Assembly: GCA_045534875.1 (NCBI GenBank)
Contig: JAZSKO010000049.1
Location: forward strand, 1-47,544
Direction of reading: 5' to 3'
Source of the DNA: Eubacteriales bacterium
GTDB taxonomy: Bacteria; Bacillota; Clostridia; Oscillospirales; CAG-272
DNA length: 47,544 nt
In this document: piece by piece, positions 16,626 through 25,991 of the stretch
Position numbering within the stretch: the stretch's first letter is position 1
How the letters are laid out: each line of letters starts with the position of its first letter
Made by a program: the position numbers and the translations under genes
Notes under the pieces: model-generated
Told to the model about the DNA's origin: nothing
Database searches by the model: none
What the model saw: the letters and a program-made list of their open reading frames with translations, nothing else

Positions 16626-19292
16626 TCAGCCGGAGATCTTATCCCAAGCAATATCAGGGAATGACTTGAAGATGGTTTCCAGCTTCTCGGATTCGGGATC
16701 CGTGTAGTAGAACTCGCGATAGTTCTTGAGCTTGAGCTTGCGGAAGAATCCGGGCATGTAGTAGGTTCCGCTCACCTTCTTGAGGCGGTTGGCAACCAGA
16801 ACGGCGTTCTGATTGAAGATGACGGGGATCACGGGCATATCGGCCATGAGCATCTCCTCGGCCTTGTGCAGGAGGATGGAGCGTTGCTCGGCCCACTTGG
16901 AATCCTTCGTGGTGGGAACAATACCGTTTGCGTCGTAAACCTCCTTGATCGCATCCTTCAAGGTCTGCTGACTTGCGGATGCGGCGGCCGCAGTCATGGT
17001 GTCAATCGCCGAAGTGACCAGAGGAGACATCTCGTCGTTGATCTTGGTAGCGGCGGGCTGGAGCTTTGCAAAGGCTACATCATAGGCGGCAATATATGCC
17101 TGGGTAGCGGCCTCGATCTGCTTCTTACCAACGGCCTTGTCAAGCGCTTCCTCAGCGGCGGTCAAGGGCTCCAGATCGCTCAGAGCCTGCTTCACAGTGG
17201 GGAGCAGGGAAACCGACTTCTTGGAGAGCTCGGCGGCGGCTGCCTGTGCGGCGGCGGTAAGTGTTTCGTCAGCATGCGCGGCAAGAATGTTCTTTTCTGC
17301 GAGCTGAGCGGCAATGTCCAAATTGATCAGAGCCGTGTTCAGATCGTTCAGAGCGGCCTGGAATACCTCGCCGTCCACACGGATCAGATCATACTCACCA
17401 AGCTCGTTTGCCTCCTCGGAGTAAACGGGAGTGGTCAACTCAACCAACTTACCATATGCCTCGGTGGCGGCGAAAACAGCCTCATCCAGCTTACGGAAGG
17501 TGGTGTTTGCCGACTCCACGTAAGGCTTGGTGTTGATGTGCGTTACAAGGTAGGTCTCGGTCTCGGGGATGCCGGTGGTGATGGCTTCGAGGCTTGCGTA
17601 GAAGGGAATGTAGTAGATCGCCTCAATCAGAATATTGTAGGAAACGCTATTATATCCCGTCATGTGCGTGTTGTACTCGTAAACATCCTTCTCGGGGATC
17701 GAGAACATGCTTCCCGAGAATGCGTAAGCATAGTTGGAAAGGAAGGCGTACGCATCGGCGGTGAAGGCGCAGGAGTCAACGGCAAGCACCTCAAAATCGT
17801 TGTCGGCAATGGCTTCCAGATAGAGGTCATCGCAAACATCGGGGGGAACCGAGTCGGTCTGGCTGAAATAGTCGTTATTCTCGATGGCATTCAGGGGCTC
17901 CAAGGTTACGTTGAAGCCAAGATCACACCACGTGGTCTTTACCATCTCGGCGATGGTCATGTGGATCTCGTCATAGGCGGCAACCTGAATCGAGAAGGAG
18001 TACTTGGAGGGCGTGATGCCTGCCTCGCCGAGCATGGTGACGGCGGCATCCTTCTGGGCGTTTGCAACGATCAGGTTGCTTGCCAGCTTCGAGGTACGGA
18101 AATCGCCGGAGGTTCCCTTATCGAAGATTCCGGTAGGCACCAAGCCGGTAGCGACCTCTGCAAAGACCACGGCATTTGCGATGGCGGTACGGTCAAGCGC
18201 GATCGACAATGCCTGACGCACCTTTTCGTTTGCGAACAGGTAAGAGCCGTTGCTTCCGTCATCGATCAGCGCGTTCTGGTTGAGCTGGAGAACGAAGGTG
18301 GAAAGCGCGTTGCTGACCTCGGCCTCCTTCTTGATCCACTCAGCATCAGCGCCCGTGCGGAGAGAGAGCGGAATATTATCAATGTAGAAGACCTTTCCGT
18401 CCTTGTAGTTCTGCAACAGCTCCTCGGGGGTGATATCGCAGTTCACAAGGATACGGTAGGGGGTTACCGACTTATCGATCGCATCGCGCTCGGTATCACG
18501 GTAGTAGTAGGAGTTTCTCTCCAAAACGAAGTAGCCGACCTTCTTGACCTTATTGGTCTTCGAGATAACGGCCTCGCCCTTCTTGTTCGTTCCGTTGTCG
18601 TCATAAGCGGTCTCGCCGGTCTCAACATAGTTGATCTTACCGAGCTTGAAGGGGCCGCTGGTGGCGATGGTGGAGGCCTTCTTTGCCCAGTCCTCGTTTG
18701 CCGAAACGTAACGCTCGCAGAGAGGAGCGGTTGCCACGCTTGTCAGATTGAGGAAGAACTGGTCGTAGTCCACGGGAGCCTCAAAGGTGATGCGAACCAC
18801 CTGATCCTCCACGGCCTCAACGCCGAGGTCATCAATGGAAACGTCGCCCTCCTTGATGGCTCTTGCGTTTTTAATATCGTAGAGCAGGGAAGCAGCATCG
18901 TAGTCATTACGGAAGTCCACCAGACGCTTCCAAGCGAACACAACGTCGTTTGCGGAAACCTTGTCCTTTACGTTCCAGCTGGTCTCCTTCAAGGTGATCT
19001 CAATGTAGTACTCATTGATCTCCGGATTCTCGAAGATCTTGTAGCTGTCCACAAGACCCTTCTTTACCTTGCCGTTTTCGTCCAAGGTAAACAGTGTCTC
19101 ATACAGCATTCCGAGAACATGGATGGTCTCCGAGTTCCGATACGAGTTGGCCGGATCGAAATCGAAGATGTCCTCAGTGAGGTACATGGTGATGTACGCC
19201 CCCAAGTCCTTGTCGTCCTTCTTGGCGCAACCAAAAAGCGAGCCGCAAAGCATGGCAAGACACAGGGTGATGGCTAAAATCCTCTTTGTCAT
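16626..19292 (-). CDS. Oversized family-5 (OppA-like) solute-binding lipoprotein with a ~230-aa Ala-rich helical insertion; orphan (no permease or ATPase)
   Basis: ATG at 19292 lies ~10 nt after GAGGAGGG. Lipobox LFGC in MTKRILAITLCLAMLCGSLFGC. The N-terminal SBP5-like region reads ...DFDPANSYRNSETIHVLGMLYETLFTLDENGKVKKGLV... The SBP5-like C-terminal end reads ...MADMPVIPVIFNQNAVLVANRLKKV. Confidence 0.7.
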   Translation of the reverse strand: MTKRILAITLCLAMLCGSLFGCAKKDDKDLGAYITMYLTEDIFDFDPANSYRNSETIHVLGMLYETLFTLDENGKVKKGLVDSYKIFENPEINEYYIEITLKETSWNVKDKVSANDVVFAWKRLVDFRNDYDAASLLYDIKNARAIKEGDVSIDDLGVEAVEDQVVRITFEAPVDYDQFFLNLTSVATAPLCERYVSANEDWAKKASTIATSGPFKLGKINYVETGETAYDDNGTNKKGEAVISKTNKVKKVGYFVLERNSYYYRDTERDAIDKSVTPYRILVNCDITPEELLQNYKDGKVFYIDNIPLSLRTGADAEWIKKEAEVSNALSTFVLQLNQNALIDDGSNGSYLFANEKVRQALSIALDRTAIANAVVFAEVATGLVPTGIFDKGTSGDFRTSKLASNLIVANAQKDAAVTMLGEAGITPSKYSFSIQVAAYDEIHMTIAEMVKTTWCDLGFNVTLEPLNAIENNDYFSQTDSVPPDVCDDLYLEAIADNDFEVLAVDSCAFTADAYAFLSNYAYAFSGSMFSIPEKDVYEYNTHMTGYNSVSYNILIEAIYYIPFYASLEAITTGIPETETYLVTHINTKPYVESANTTFRKLDEAVFAATEAYGKLVELTTPVYSEEANELGEYDLIRVDGEVFQAALNDLNTALINLDIAAQLAEKNILAAHADETLTAAAQAAAAELSKKSVSLLPTVKQALSDLEPLTAAEEALDKAVGKKQIEAATQAYIAAYDVAFAKLQPAATKINDEMSPLVTSAIDTMTAAAASASQQTLKDAIKEVYDANGIVPTTKDSKWAEQRSILLHKAEEMLMADMPVIPVIFNQNAVLVANRLKKVSGTYYMPGFFRKLKLKNYREFYYTDPESEKLETIFKSFPDIAWDKISG

Positions 19293-19352
19293 AATTTGGG
19301 AAACCCTCCTCAAAAAACGTGATTGGCGCTTAAAACGCCATAGTACTTCTAT

Positions 19353-19381
19353 ATTATACAATATTTTCTATCGGATTTCAA
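19353..19381 (-). promoter_or_regulatory. sigma-A-type promoter for the SBP5-like gene
   Basis: Minus strand: TTGAAA (19381-19376), 17 nt, TATAAT (19358-19353). Confidence 0.5.
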
Positions 19382-19403
19382 TAGGTTCTGCAATTTTTTT
19401 GAT

Positions 19404-19433
19404 GTATATTTTGTTAATAATCTTGTCAAATTA
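19404..19433 (+). promoter_or_regulatory. Forespore (sigma-G/F-type) promoter candidate for gpr
   Basis: GTATA (19404-19408), 18 nt, CAAATTA (19427-19433), compared with the B. subtilis sigma-G consensus GHATR-18-CATXHTA (5/5 and 6/7). It lies 36 nt upstream of ATG 19469. Confidence 0.4.
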
Positions 19434-19468
19434 GCCTTAAACGACTGAAAAAGGAGGATTTTTGGGAT

Positions 19469-20368
19469 ATGCGAAGCGATCTTGCCAAGGAAGCGATCCA
19501 TGATCTGGGGCATTTGCCTGAGGGAGCGACCCTTCACACGCACCGCGTTGGGAGGATCGAGATCCATCGGATGCGCGTGCAGACCGAGGAGGCGGCGACC
19601 TCTCTTGGGAAGGGGATCGGTCATTATGTGTCTTTGGAAAGACCAAAGCTGCACGTTTTGGAGGGGGAGGAACGGGAGATCTTTTCCCGTCTTTTGGCGG
19701 GAGAGCTCAAAGCGATGGCAGAGCGAATGACAAAGCCGAAAGCGAAAAATCCACTCTCTGTTCTGGTTGTTGGGCTTGGAAACGCCGACCTCAGCGCGGA
19801 TTCGCTCGGACCTCGAACGGTTGCTCGCCTGACGCCGACGGGACATATGACAGAGGAGGCTCCTACTCTCCTTCAAGAGCTTGGATGTGCCTCGCTCTTT
19901 CTGTTTTCTCCCGGTGTAACAGGACAGACAGGTATCGAAGGGGCGGTTCTTTTGCAGGCGATCGCGCAAGCAGTGCGACCAGATTTGATCGTGGCGGTGG
20001 ATTCCTTGGTGGCGCGAAGCTGTGAGAGCCTTTCCAATTCGGTGCAGCTTTCGGACACGGGGCTGGTTCCGGGATCGGGCGTCGGAAATCGCCGACAAGC
20101 GCTTTCAAAGGAGACGATAGGCGTCCCCGTGATGTCCTTGGGTGTTCCCACCGCCGTCGAGACGGATACCCTCATTCGCGATGCGGCTGATTCCCTGAAA
20201 GACGCGGAAAAGGAGGACTTTTTGCGGAAAGTACCGCGAAAAAGTCGCTCTTTTCTGGTTTCCCCCGCCGATTGCGATCGAGTTGTCCACCGCCTTTCCG
20301 CTCTGCTTGCACGAGCGATCACATTGGCATTCCTGGGCGATTCTTTTTTGGATGTTTGCATAGAATAG
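19469..20368 (+). CDS. gpr: Germination protease (GPR endopeptidase, peptidase A25)
   Basis: 299 aa. VLVVGLGNADLSADSLGP, PGVTGQTGIE, AVDSLVARS and QLSDTGLVPGSGVGN are characteristic GPR blocks. RBS AAAGGAGG. Confidence 0.85.
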   Translation: MRSDLAKEAIHDLGHLPEGATLHTHRVGRIEIHRMRVQTEEAATSLGKGIGHYVSLERPKLHVLEGEEREIFSRLLAGELKAMAERMTKPKAKNPLSVLVVGLGNADLSADSLGPRTVARLTPTGHMTEEAPTLLQELGCASLFLFSPGVTGQTGIEGAVLLQAIAQAVRPDLIVAVDSLVARSCESLSNSVQLSDTGLVPGSGVGNRRQALSKETIGVPVMSLGVPTAVETDTLIRDAADSLKDAEKEDFLRKVPRKSRSFLVSPADCDRVVHRLSALLARAITLAFLGDSFLDVCIE

Positions 20369-20412
20369 AGGTGCGAAATATGTGTATTCTAACCAAAAAT
20401 AAGGCAACGTAC

Positions 20413-20441
20413 TTGACATTATTTTTCCTTCCTGTTATAAT
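20413..20441 (+). promoter_or_regulatory. Consensus sigma-A promoter of the three-gene BNR lipoprotein array
   Basis: Perfect TTGACA (20413-20418), 17 nt, TATAAT (20436-20441), with extended -10 TGt. It lies 34 nt upstream of ATG 20475. Confidence 0.7.
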
Positions 20442-20474
20442 AATCAAGCATCTACTTTAAAAAAGGAGAGTATC

Positions 20475-22217
20475 ATGAAAATCTTACGTACCGTATGTCT
20501 TCTTTGCGCCTTGCTCCTCTTGTTCACGGCCTGCGCCGGACTTGGAGGAAACGAGCAGGTGACCACCGAAGTGCCTCCCACGACCCCCTCGCCGGAGGAT
20601 ATTCCGCACGCCTTTTCGGACTTCCAGATCGTTCGTCCCGACAAGGCCACCGACAAGGAGATCGACGGAATGATCCGCGTGAAAAACGCGATCAAGGCGT
20701 ACACGGGTAAGAACCCCACCTTGAAGACTGACTTTAAGGAGTCGGATCAGAAGGTCTGCGAAATTTTGATTGGAGAGACGAACCGTCCCGAGACCGGAAT
20801 CGTGGCCGAAACCTTAAAGGCGGCGGATTACGTGGTGCAGACCGTGTATTCCGATAACGGCGTCAAGATCGTGCTTCTCGGTCCGAACGAGAACCTCACC
20901 CTCAGCGCGGTGGATGAATTCATCGAGCTTTTGAACGATGGAAAGGTGATCGACGCCGACGGAAACTATACGGCCGTCAACAGCGCGCACAACTACTACG
21001 ACGAATTTGAAAACTACACCATGAAGGTCAGCGATCCCGTGGTGGTGATGCAGTCCGAGGAGGATGATCAGCACTGGGGACACTACCAATTTCCTTACAT
21101 TTTTTATACAGCAAACGGCTCGATCATGGTAACATGGTCTTACCATGACGATAGCATCTACACCTCGGGAGGGAGCGGAAGCGCTTACTCCACCGACGGA
21201 GGCAAGACATGGAAGATCGGAAACGGCGGAAACCGTGTCTACGATCCCATCAAGACCGGAACAACGAAAGACACCTGCTTTGCGGGCTTTGCCGGCAGAG
21301 GGGGCTACGTTGTCGATATGATCGACGCCGAGCCTGTTGTGGTGAATGGCATGGGAAATGTGGATGTTTACCTCGCAAAGGATCTGAATTGCTACAATTT
21401 CCAGCCGCAGGGAATCTTCTTTAATTCCAAGAGCGGAGGCTCCGCCGCCCGACCGGTCACAGTGAACTGGCCCTATCTGCCTGTGAACGTGAACGTCGAT
21501 CCCGAAACGGGACTCAAAACCTTCGTTTATCCCACCGAAGCCTTCCTTGCGATCAACTCCTACGTTGGCGTGATCTCCACCGACAGCGGCCTGTACTACT
21601 GCACCTACGCGCGCGGGATCGACTCCAAAACGGGAGAGGTCACCAAGTACAGCGGCTATTACAGCACCTACGTCTTCCATTCGGCCGACGGAGGCTACAC
21701 GTGGAACTATATCTCGCAGGTCTCCATGACCGATGAGATCTTTGCAGAAGCCAACATCAACAAAAACTGCGAGGGCTTCTGCGAGCCGACCATCGCGATC
21801 ACGCGCAACGGCACCTTTATGATGCTTTTGCGTACGGGAAGCAACAATCCCTGCTACATCGTTCGCTCCACCGATAACTGCCAGACATGGAGCAAGCCCG
21901 AAAAGTTTGCCGATTGCGGCGTTTATCCTCAGCTTCTCACCTTGGATTGCGGCGTGACGCTGGCCTCCTACGGTCGTCCCAAGCTTTACATCACCTCCTC
22001 CAACGATCCTGACGCGATCAACTGGAAGCGCCACCGTCAAATTCCGCTGACCCTTACCTCCGGCGGATCCCGCGCTTCCTGCTTCTACACCTACCTCTTG
22101 CGCGTGGATGCGACCACCGCCATGCTCGTCTATTCCGACTTCCAGCTTCCCAATGCCGATCGACAGCCGCGAAAGGCGATCCTCGTGCGAACCATCGAGT
22201 TTCTTCCGAGTAAATAG
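20475..22217 (+). CDS. BNR/Asp-box propeller lipoprotein, large type, paralog A
   Basis: RBS AAAGGAGAG. Lipobox FTAC in MKILRTVCLLCALLLLFTAC. N-terminal ~150-aa domain (ILIGETNRPET). Asp-boxes STDGGKTW, SADGGYTW, STDNCQTW. Ends with TAG. Confidence 0.7.
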   Translation: MKILRTVCLLCALLLLFTACAGLGGNEQVTTEVPPTTPSPEDIPHAFSDFQIVRPDKATDKEIDGMIRVKNAIKAYTGKNPTLKTDFKESDQKVCEILIGETNRPETGIVAETLKAADYVVQTVYSDNGVKIVLLGPNENLTLSAVDEFIELLNDGKVIDADGNYTAVNSAHNYYDEFENYTMKVSDPVVVMQSEEDDQHWGHYQFPYIFYTANGSIMVTWSYHDDSIYTSGGSGSAYSTDGGKTWKIGNGGNRVYDPIKTGTTKDTCFAGFAGRGGYVVDMIDAEPVVVNGMGNVDVYLAKDLNCYNFQPQGIFFNSKSGGSAARPVTVNWPYLPVNVNVDPETGLKTFVYPTEAFLAINSYVGVISTDSGLYYCTYARGIDSKTGEVTKYSGYYSTYVFHSADGGYTWNYISQVSMTDEIFAEANINKNCEGFCEPTIAITRNGTFMMLLRTGSNNPCYIVRSTDNCQTWSKPEKFADCGVYPQLLTLDCGVTLASYGRPKLYITSSNDPDAINWKRHRQIPLTLTSGGSRASCFYTYLLRVDATTAMLVYSDFQLPNADRQPRKAILVRTIEFLPSK

Positions 22218-22236
22218 GAAATAAGGAACGGAAACG

Positions 22237-24048
22237 ATGAAAAATCTTTCAATTATCAGCCTTTTCTTAACCCTTGTATTCCTGCTTTCCGCCTGCGCGG
22301 GGCTTGGCGGCTCGACCGCCCAAACCTCGTCGGCGGAGACGAACCCTGTCACAGGTGATCCCGACAACGGGGGAGGGGATGCGCCCACGGGAACGTCGCT
22401 TGATGATCGCCTTTCCGCATTCGCCGTTGTCTGTGAGGCGGATGCCTACGGCGTAGTGGAGGAATCGGTGACCGATCTGCTCGCCGCCCTATCTGCAAAA
22501 ACGGGAAAGACCCACCAAAAGATCAAGGACACCTCGGAGACCGGCGTTCCCTGCGAATTCTTGGTCGGTGACGTCGATCGTCCCGAGACCAAGCTCGTCA
22601 AGGCCTCCTTACAGGCAGGTGACTACGCTGTGCAAACGGTTCTCTCGGACACCACCATCAAGGTGGTTCTCGTCGGCTACAATGATAAGCTCACCCAAGC
22701 TGCCGTTGAGACCTTCCTCGAAAAGCTGGAAAAAGGAGAAGCCATCGAATCCGATGGCAGGTATAAGACCGTGAATTGCTTGAAGAATTACTACGATCCT
22801 TATAAGAGCTTTACCATTGACATCAGCGATCCCACCGTGATCTTTCAGGCGCAGAAGGAGGACACGCACTGGGGACACTACCAGTTTCCGCGTATCTACC
22901 ATACCTCCACGGGCGCGATCTATACAAGCTGGTCCTACCACAACGACAGCATCTATGAGTTCGAGACACCCGGCCGCGCCGAGGCCTCCTATGCCACCTC
23001 TGCGGATGGAGGCAAGACATGGAGTCTCGACACCGCAAACGGCGCGATCGTCTACGATCCGAACAAGGCACTCATGTCCAACGGACGCTATTTCATGGGC
23101 TTTTCCAGTAATAAGTCCTACTATGAGATCGACCGTGAGGTGATCGCCAAGTACACGCCTGCCATTCCGGTTGCGAAGGGCGCGAAGATCTATCTGGCAG
23201 ACGAGGTCGAGGAATATACCTTCAACCTGTCGGGCAGGGAAATGGACCCCGAAACGGGCGCAACCTATTCCTTCCGCGCCACCGTAAACTGGCCCTATAT
23301 GCCGCTTCCGGTCTTTTACAGTCCCAAAACGGGGAACTATACCTACGTTTACCCCACCGAAAATTACTTCACGCTCAGCAATTACACGGGAATCATTGCC
23401 GCCGATGACGGTCTCTATTTCTGTATGTATACCATGGGCGTGGACTCCAAAACGGGAAATGCGGGACGGTACAGCGGACATTACAGCGTGTTCGTCTTCC
23501 ATTCCTCCGATTGCGGGCGCACATGGAACTATAAATCACAGGTCGGCATGACCACCAAGATCTATACCGAGGTAAACGTGAACAACAACTGCGAGGGCTT
23601 TACCGAGCCCACGATCACGGTAATGCCCGACGGATCGTTCGTCATGCTCCTGCGAACGGGGAGCAACCTCCCCTCCTACATCGTTCGCTCCACCGATCAC
23701 TGCCAGACTTGGAGCGAGCCCGTGAAATTCGATGCCTTCGGCGTTTTTCCCCAGCTTCTCACCTTGGATTGCGGCGTGACGCTGGCGGCCTACGGAAGAC
23801 CGAAGCTCCACCTGCGTGCCACATCCGATACCAAAGGCTTGGATTGGGAGGATCCCATCGAGATCCCCTTGCACGAAGACCCTAATAGCACGGATTGGAA
23901 CACGAAATCCTGCTTCTATCCCTTCTTCCTGCGGATCGACGAGACCACCGCCATGATGATTTACAGCGAATTCCTCCTGCCGAACGCAGACGGACAGCCA
24001 CGAAAGGCGATCCTTGTGCGAACCATCAAGATCCTTCCGAGTGATTGA
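22237..24048 (+). CDS. BNR/Asp-box propeller lipoprotein, large type, paralog B
   Basis: Lipobox LSAC in MKNLSIISLFLTLVFLLSAC. Collinear with paralog A. Asp-boxes SADGGKTW, SSDCGRTW, STDHCQTW. Confidence 0.7.
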   Translation: MKNLSIISLFLTLVFLLSACAGLGGSTAQTSSAETNPVTGDPDNGGGDAPTGTSLDDRLSAFAVVCEADAYGVVEESVTDLLAALSAKTGKTHQKIKDTSETGVPCEFLVGDVDRPETKLVKASLQAGDYAVQTVLSDTTIKVVLVGYNDKLTQAAVETFLEKLEKGEAIESDGRYKTVNCLKNYYDPYKSFTIDISDPTVIFQAQKEDTHWGHYQFPRIYHTSTGAIYTSWSYHNDSIYEFETPGRAEASYATSADGGKTWSLDTANGAIVYDPNKALMSNGRYFMGFSSNKSYYEIDREVIAKYTPAIPVAKGAKIYLADEVEEYTFNLSGREMDPETGATYSFRATVNWPYMPLPVFYSPKTGNYTYVYPTENYFTLSNYTGIIAADDGLYFCMYTMGVDSKTGNAGRYSGHYSVFVFHSSDCGRTWNYKSQVGMTTKIYTEVNVNNNCEGFTEPTITVMPDGSFVMLLRTGSNLPSYIVRSTDHCQTWSEPVKFDAFGVFPQLLTLDCGVTLAAYGRPKLHLRATSDTKGLDWEDPIEIPLHEDPNSTDWNTKSCFYPFFLRIDETTAMMIYSEFLLPNADGQPRKAILVRTIKILPSD

Positions 24049-24107
24049 CCCCTGTTGCCCACACCATTCCAATCGAACCCATTAGAACCTCAAAAGGAGA
24101 TTTTATT

Positions 24108-25943
24108 ATGAAAAAGCTTTCCATTGTCAGCCTTCTCTTGGCACTCATCTTCCTGCTTTCCGCTTGCGCGGGGCTGGGAGGCTCCACCGCTCAGACCTCT
24201 GGCGCGGAGACGAACCCTGTCACCAATCCCGTCACCGACCCTGTCACAGGTGATCCCGACAATGGGGAAGGCGATGCCCCCACGGGAACGCCGCTTGATG
24301 ACAGCCTTTCCACCTTCGCCGTTGTCTGCGAGAAGGGCGCGTACGGTAGAGTGGAAACCTCGGTGACCGATCTGCTCGCCGCTCTCTCTGCAAAAACAGG
24401 AAAGACCCACCAAAAGATCGAGGATACCTCGGAGACCGGCGTTCCCTGCGAATTCTTGGTCGGTGACGTCGACCGTCCCGAGACCAAGCTCGTCAAGGCA
24501 TCCTTGCAGGCAGGTGACTACGCTGTGCAGACCGTTCTCTCGGACACCACCATCAAGGTGGTTCTCGTCGGCTACAACGACAAGCTCACCCAGATCGCCG
24601 TCAATGCCTTCCTTGAAATGCTGGAAAACGGCGAGGCTACCGAGGCTGACGGAAGCTACAAGACCGTGAACTGCTTGAAGAACTACTACGATCCCTATAA
24701 GAATTTCACCATTGACATCAGCGATCCCACCGTGGTCTTCCAAGCAAAGAACGAGGACACGCACTGGGGACACTACCAGTTCCCGCGTATCTATTACACC
24801 AACAAGGGCGCGATCTATACAAGCTGGTCCTACCATAACGACAGCATCTATCCGGGCGAGACCCCCGGCAAGGCAGAGGCATCCTACGCTACCTCCACCG
24901 ACGGTGGTAAGACGTGGAATCTCAACACCTCCAACGGCGCGATCGTGTACGATGAAGACAAGGTTCTCATGCCCAACGGCAGATACTTTATGGGCTTTTC
25001 GCACAATAAGGGCTACACCGAAATGGACTTTTCGACCCTCTCCAAGTACACTCCCTTGGTGCCGGCCTCGGCTGACGGAAGTGTTGTGGTCTATCGCGCC
25101 GAGGATGTAAAGGAGTACAAGTTCGCTATTTCGGGCAGAGAAATGGATCCCGAGACGGGCGCGTCCTATTCCTTCCGTGCCACCGTCAACTGGCCGAATA
25201 TGCCTCTGGTCGTTCACAAGAGCCAGACCTCGGGCCTCTATACCTATGTGGCTCCCACAGAACGTTACTTTACGCTGAGTAACTACACGGTGATCGCAGG
25301 CGATGACGGTCTCTATTTCTGCATGTATATTCAAGGCCCCGATGCCAAAACGGGACAGGCGACCCGGTTTAGTGGCTATTACAGCATCTACGTGTTCCAT
25401 TCTCCCGATTGCGGCCGCACATGGAACTACAAGTCTCAGGTGGGCATGACCGCCAGACTCTTTTCCGAAGCAAATGCGAAAGGCGGCTGTGAGGGATTTG
25501 ACGAGCCCACAATGACGATCATGCCCGACGGCTCCTTCGTCATGCTCCTGCGTACGGGAGCCAACAACCCCTCCTACATCGTTCGCTCCACCGATAACTG
25601 CGAGACATGGAGCACTCCTGTGAAGTTCGATTCCTGTGGCGTCTTCCCACAACTTCTCACCTTGGATTGCGGCGTCACGATCGCGGCCTACGGTCGTCCC
25701 GATCTCTATGTGCGCGCCACCTCCGATGTCAAGGGCTTGGATTGGGAGGATCACATTGAGATCCCCCTGAGCGCATCCCCCAATGGATCGGGTTGGGAAT
25801 CCTGCTTCTATCCCTTCCTTTTGGAGATCGACGAGACCACCGCTATGATGATTTACAGCGAATTCTACCTGCCGAATGCAGACGGACAGCCGCGTAAGGC
25901 GATTATCGTGCGAACCATCAAGGTCGTACCAAACGAAGCCTGA
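24108..25943 (+). CDS. BNR/Asp-box propeller lipoprotein, large type, paralog C
   Basis: ATG 24108 follows AAAGGAGA. The track start at 24045 overlaps gene B and has no RBS. Lipobox LSAC in MKKLSIVSLLLALIFLLSAC. Asp-boxes STDGGKTW, SPDCGRTW, STDNCETW. Long DNA tracts are identical to paralog B. Confidence 0.7.
   Translation: MKKLSIVSLLLALIFLLSACAGLGGSTAQTSGAETNPVTNPVTDPVTGDPDNGEGDAPTGTPLDDSLSTFAVVCEKGAYGRVETSVTDLLAALSAKTGKTHQKIEDTSETGVPCEFLVGDVDRPETKLVKASLQAGDYAVQTVLSDTTIKVVLVGYNDKLTQIAVNAFLEMLENGEATEADGSYKTVNCLKNYYDPYKNFTIDISDPTVVFQAKNEDTHWGHYQFPRIYYTNKGAIYTSWSYHNDSIYPGETPGKAEASYATSTDGGKTWNLNTSNGAIVYDEDKVLMPNGRYFMGFSHNKGYTEMDFSTLSKYTPLVPASADGSVVVYRAEDVKEYKFAISGREMDPETGASYSFRATVNWPNMPLVVHKSQTSGLYTYVAPTERYFTLSNYTVIAGDDGLYFCMYIQGPDAKTGQATRFSGYYSIYVFHSPDCGRTWNYKSQVGMTARLFSEANAKGGCEGFDEPTMTIMPDGSFVMLLRTGANNPSYIVRSTDNCETWSTPVKFDSCGVFPQLLTLDCGVTIAAYGRPDLYVRATSDVKGLDWEDHIEIPLSASPNGSGWESCFYPFLLEIDETTAMMIYSEFYLPNADGQPRKAIIVRTIKVVPNEA
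24213..24248 (+). repeat. 12-nt coding tandem repeat x3 (NPVT-NPVT-DPVT) in the lipoprotein linker of paralog C; single copy in paralog B (22342-22353)
   Basis: aaccctgtcacc aatcccgtcacc gaccctgtcaca, read directly from the sequence. Confidence 0.8.
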
Positions 25944-25950
25944 ATAACCG

Positions 25951-25988
25951 CGCCGCCAACGGAAACCCGTTGGCGGCGTTTCCTTTAT
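25951..25988 (+). terminator. Rho-independent terminator after paralog C
   Basis: CGCCGCCAACGG (25951-25962), loop AAAC, CCGTTGGCGGCG (25967-25978), followed by TTTCCTTTAT. Confidence 0.7.
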
Positions 25989-25991
25989 CGC

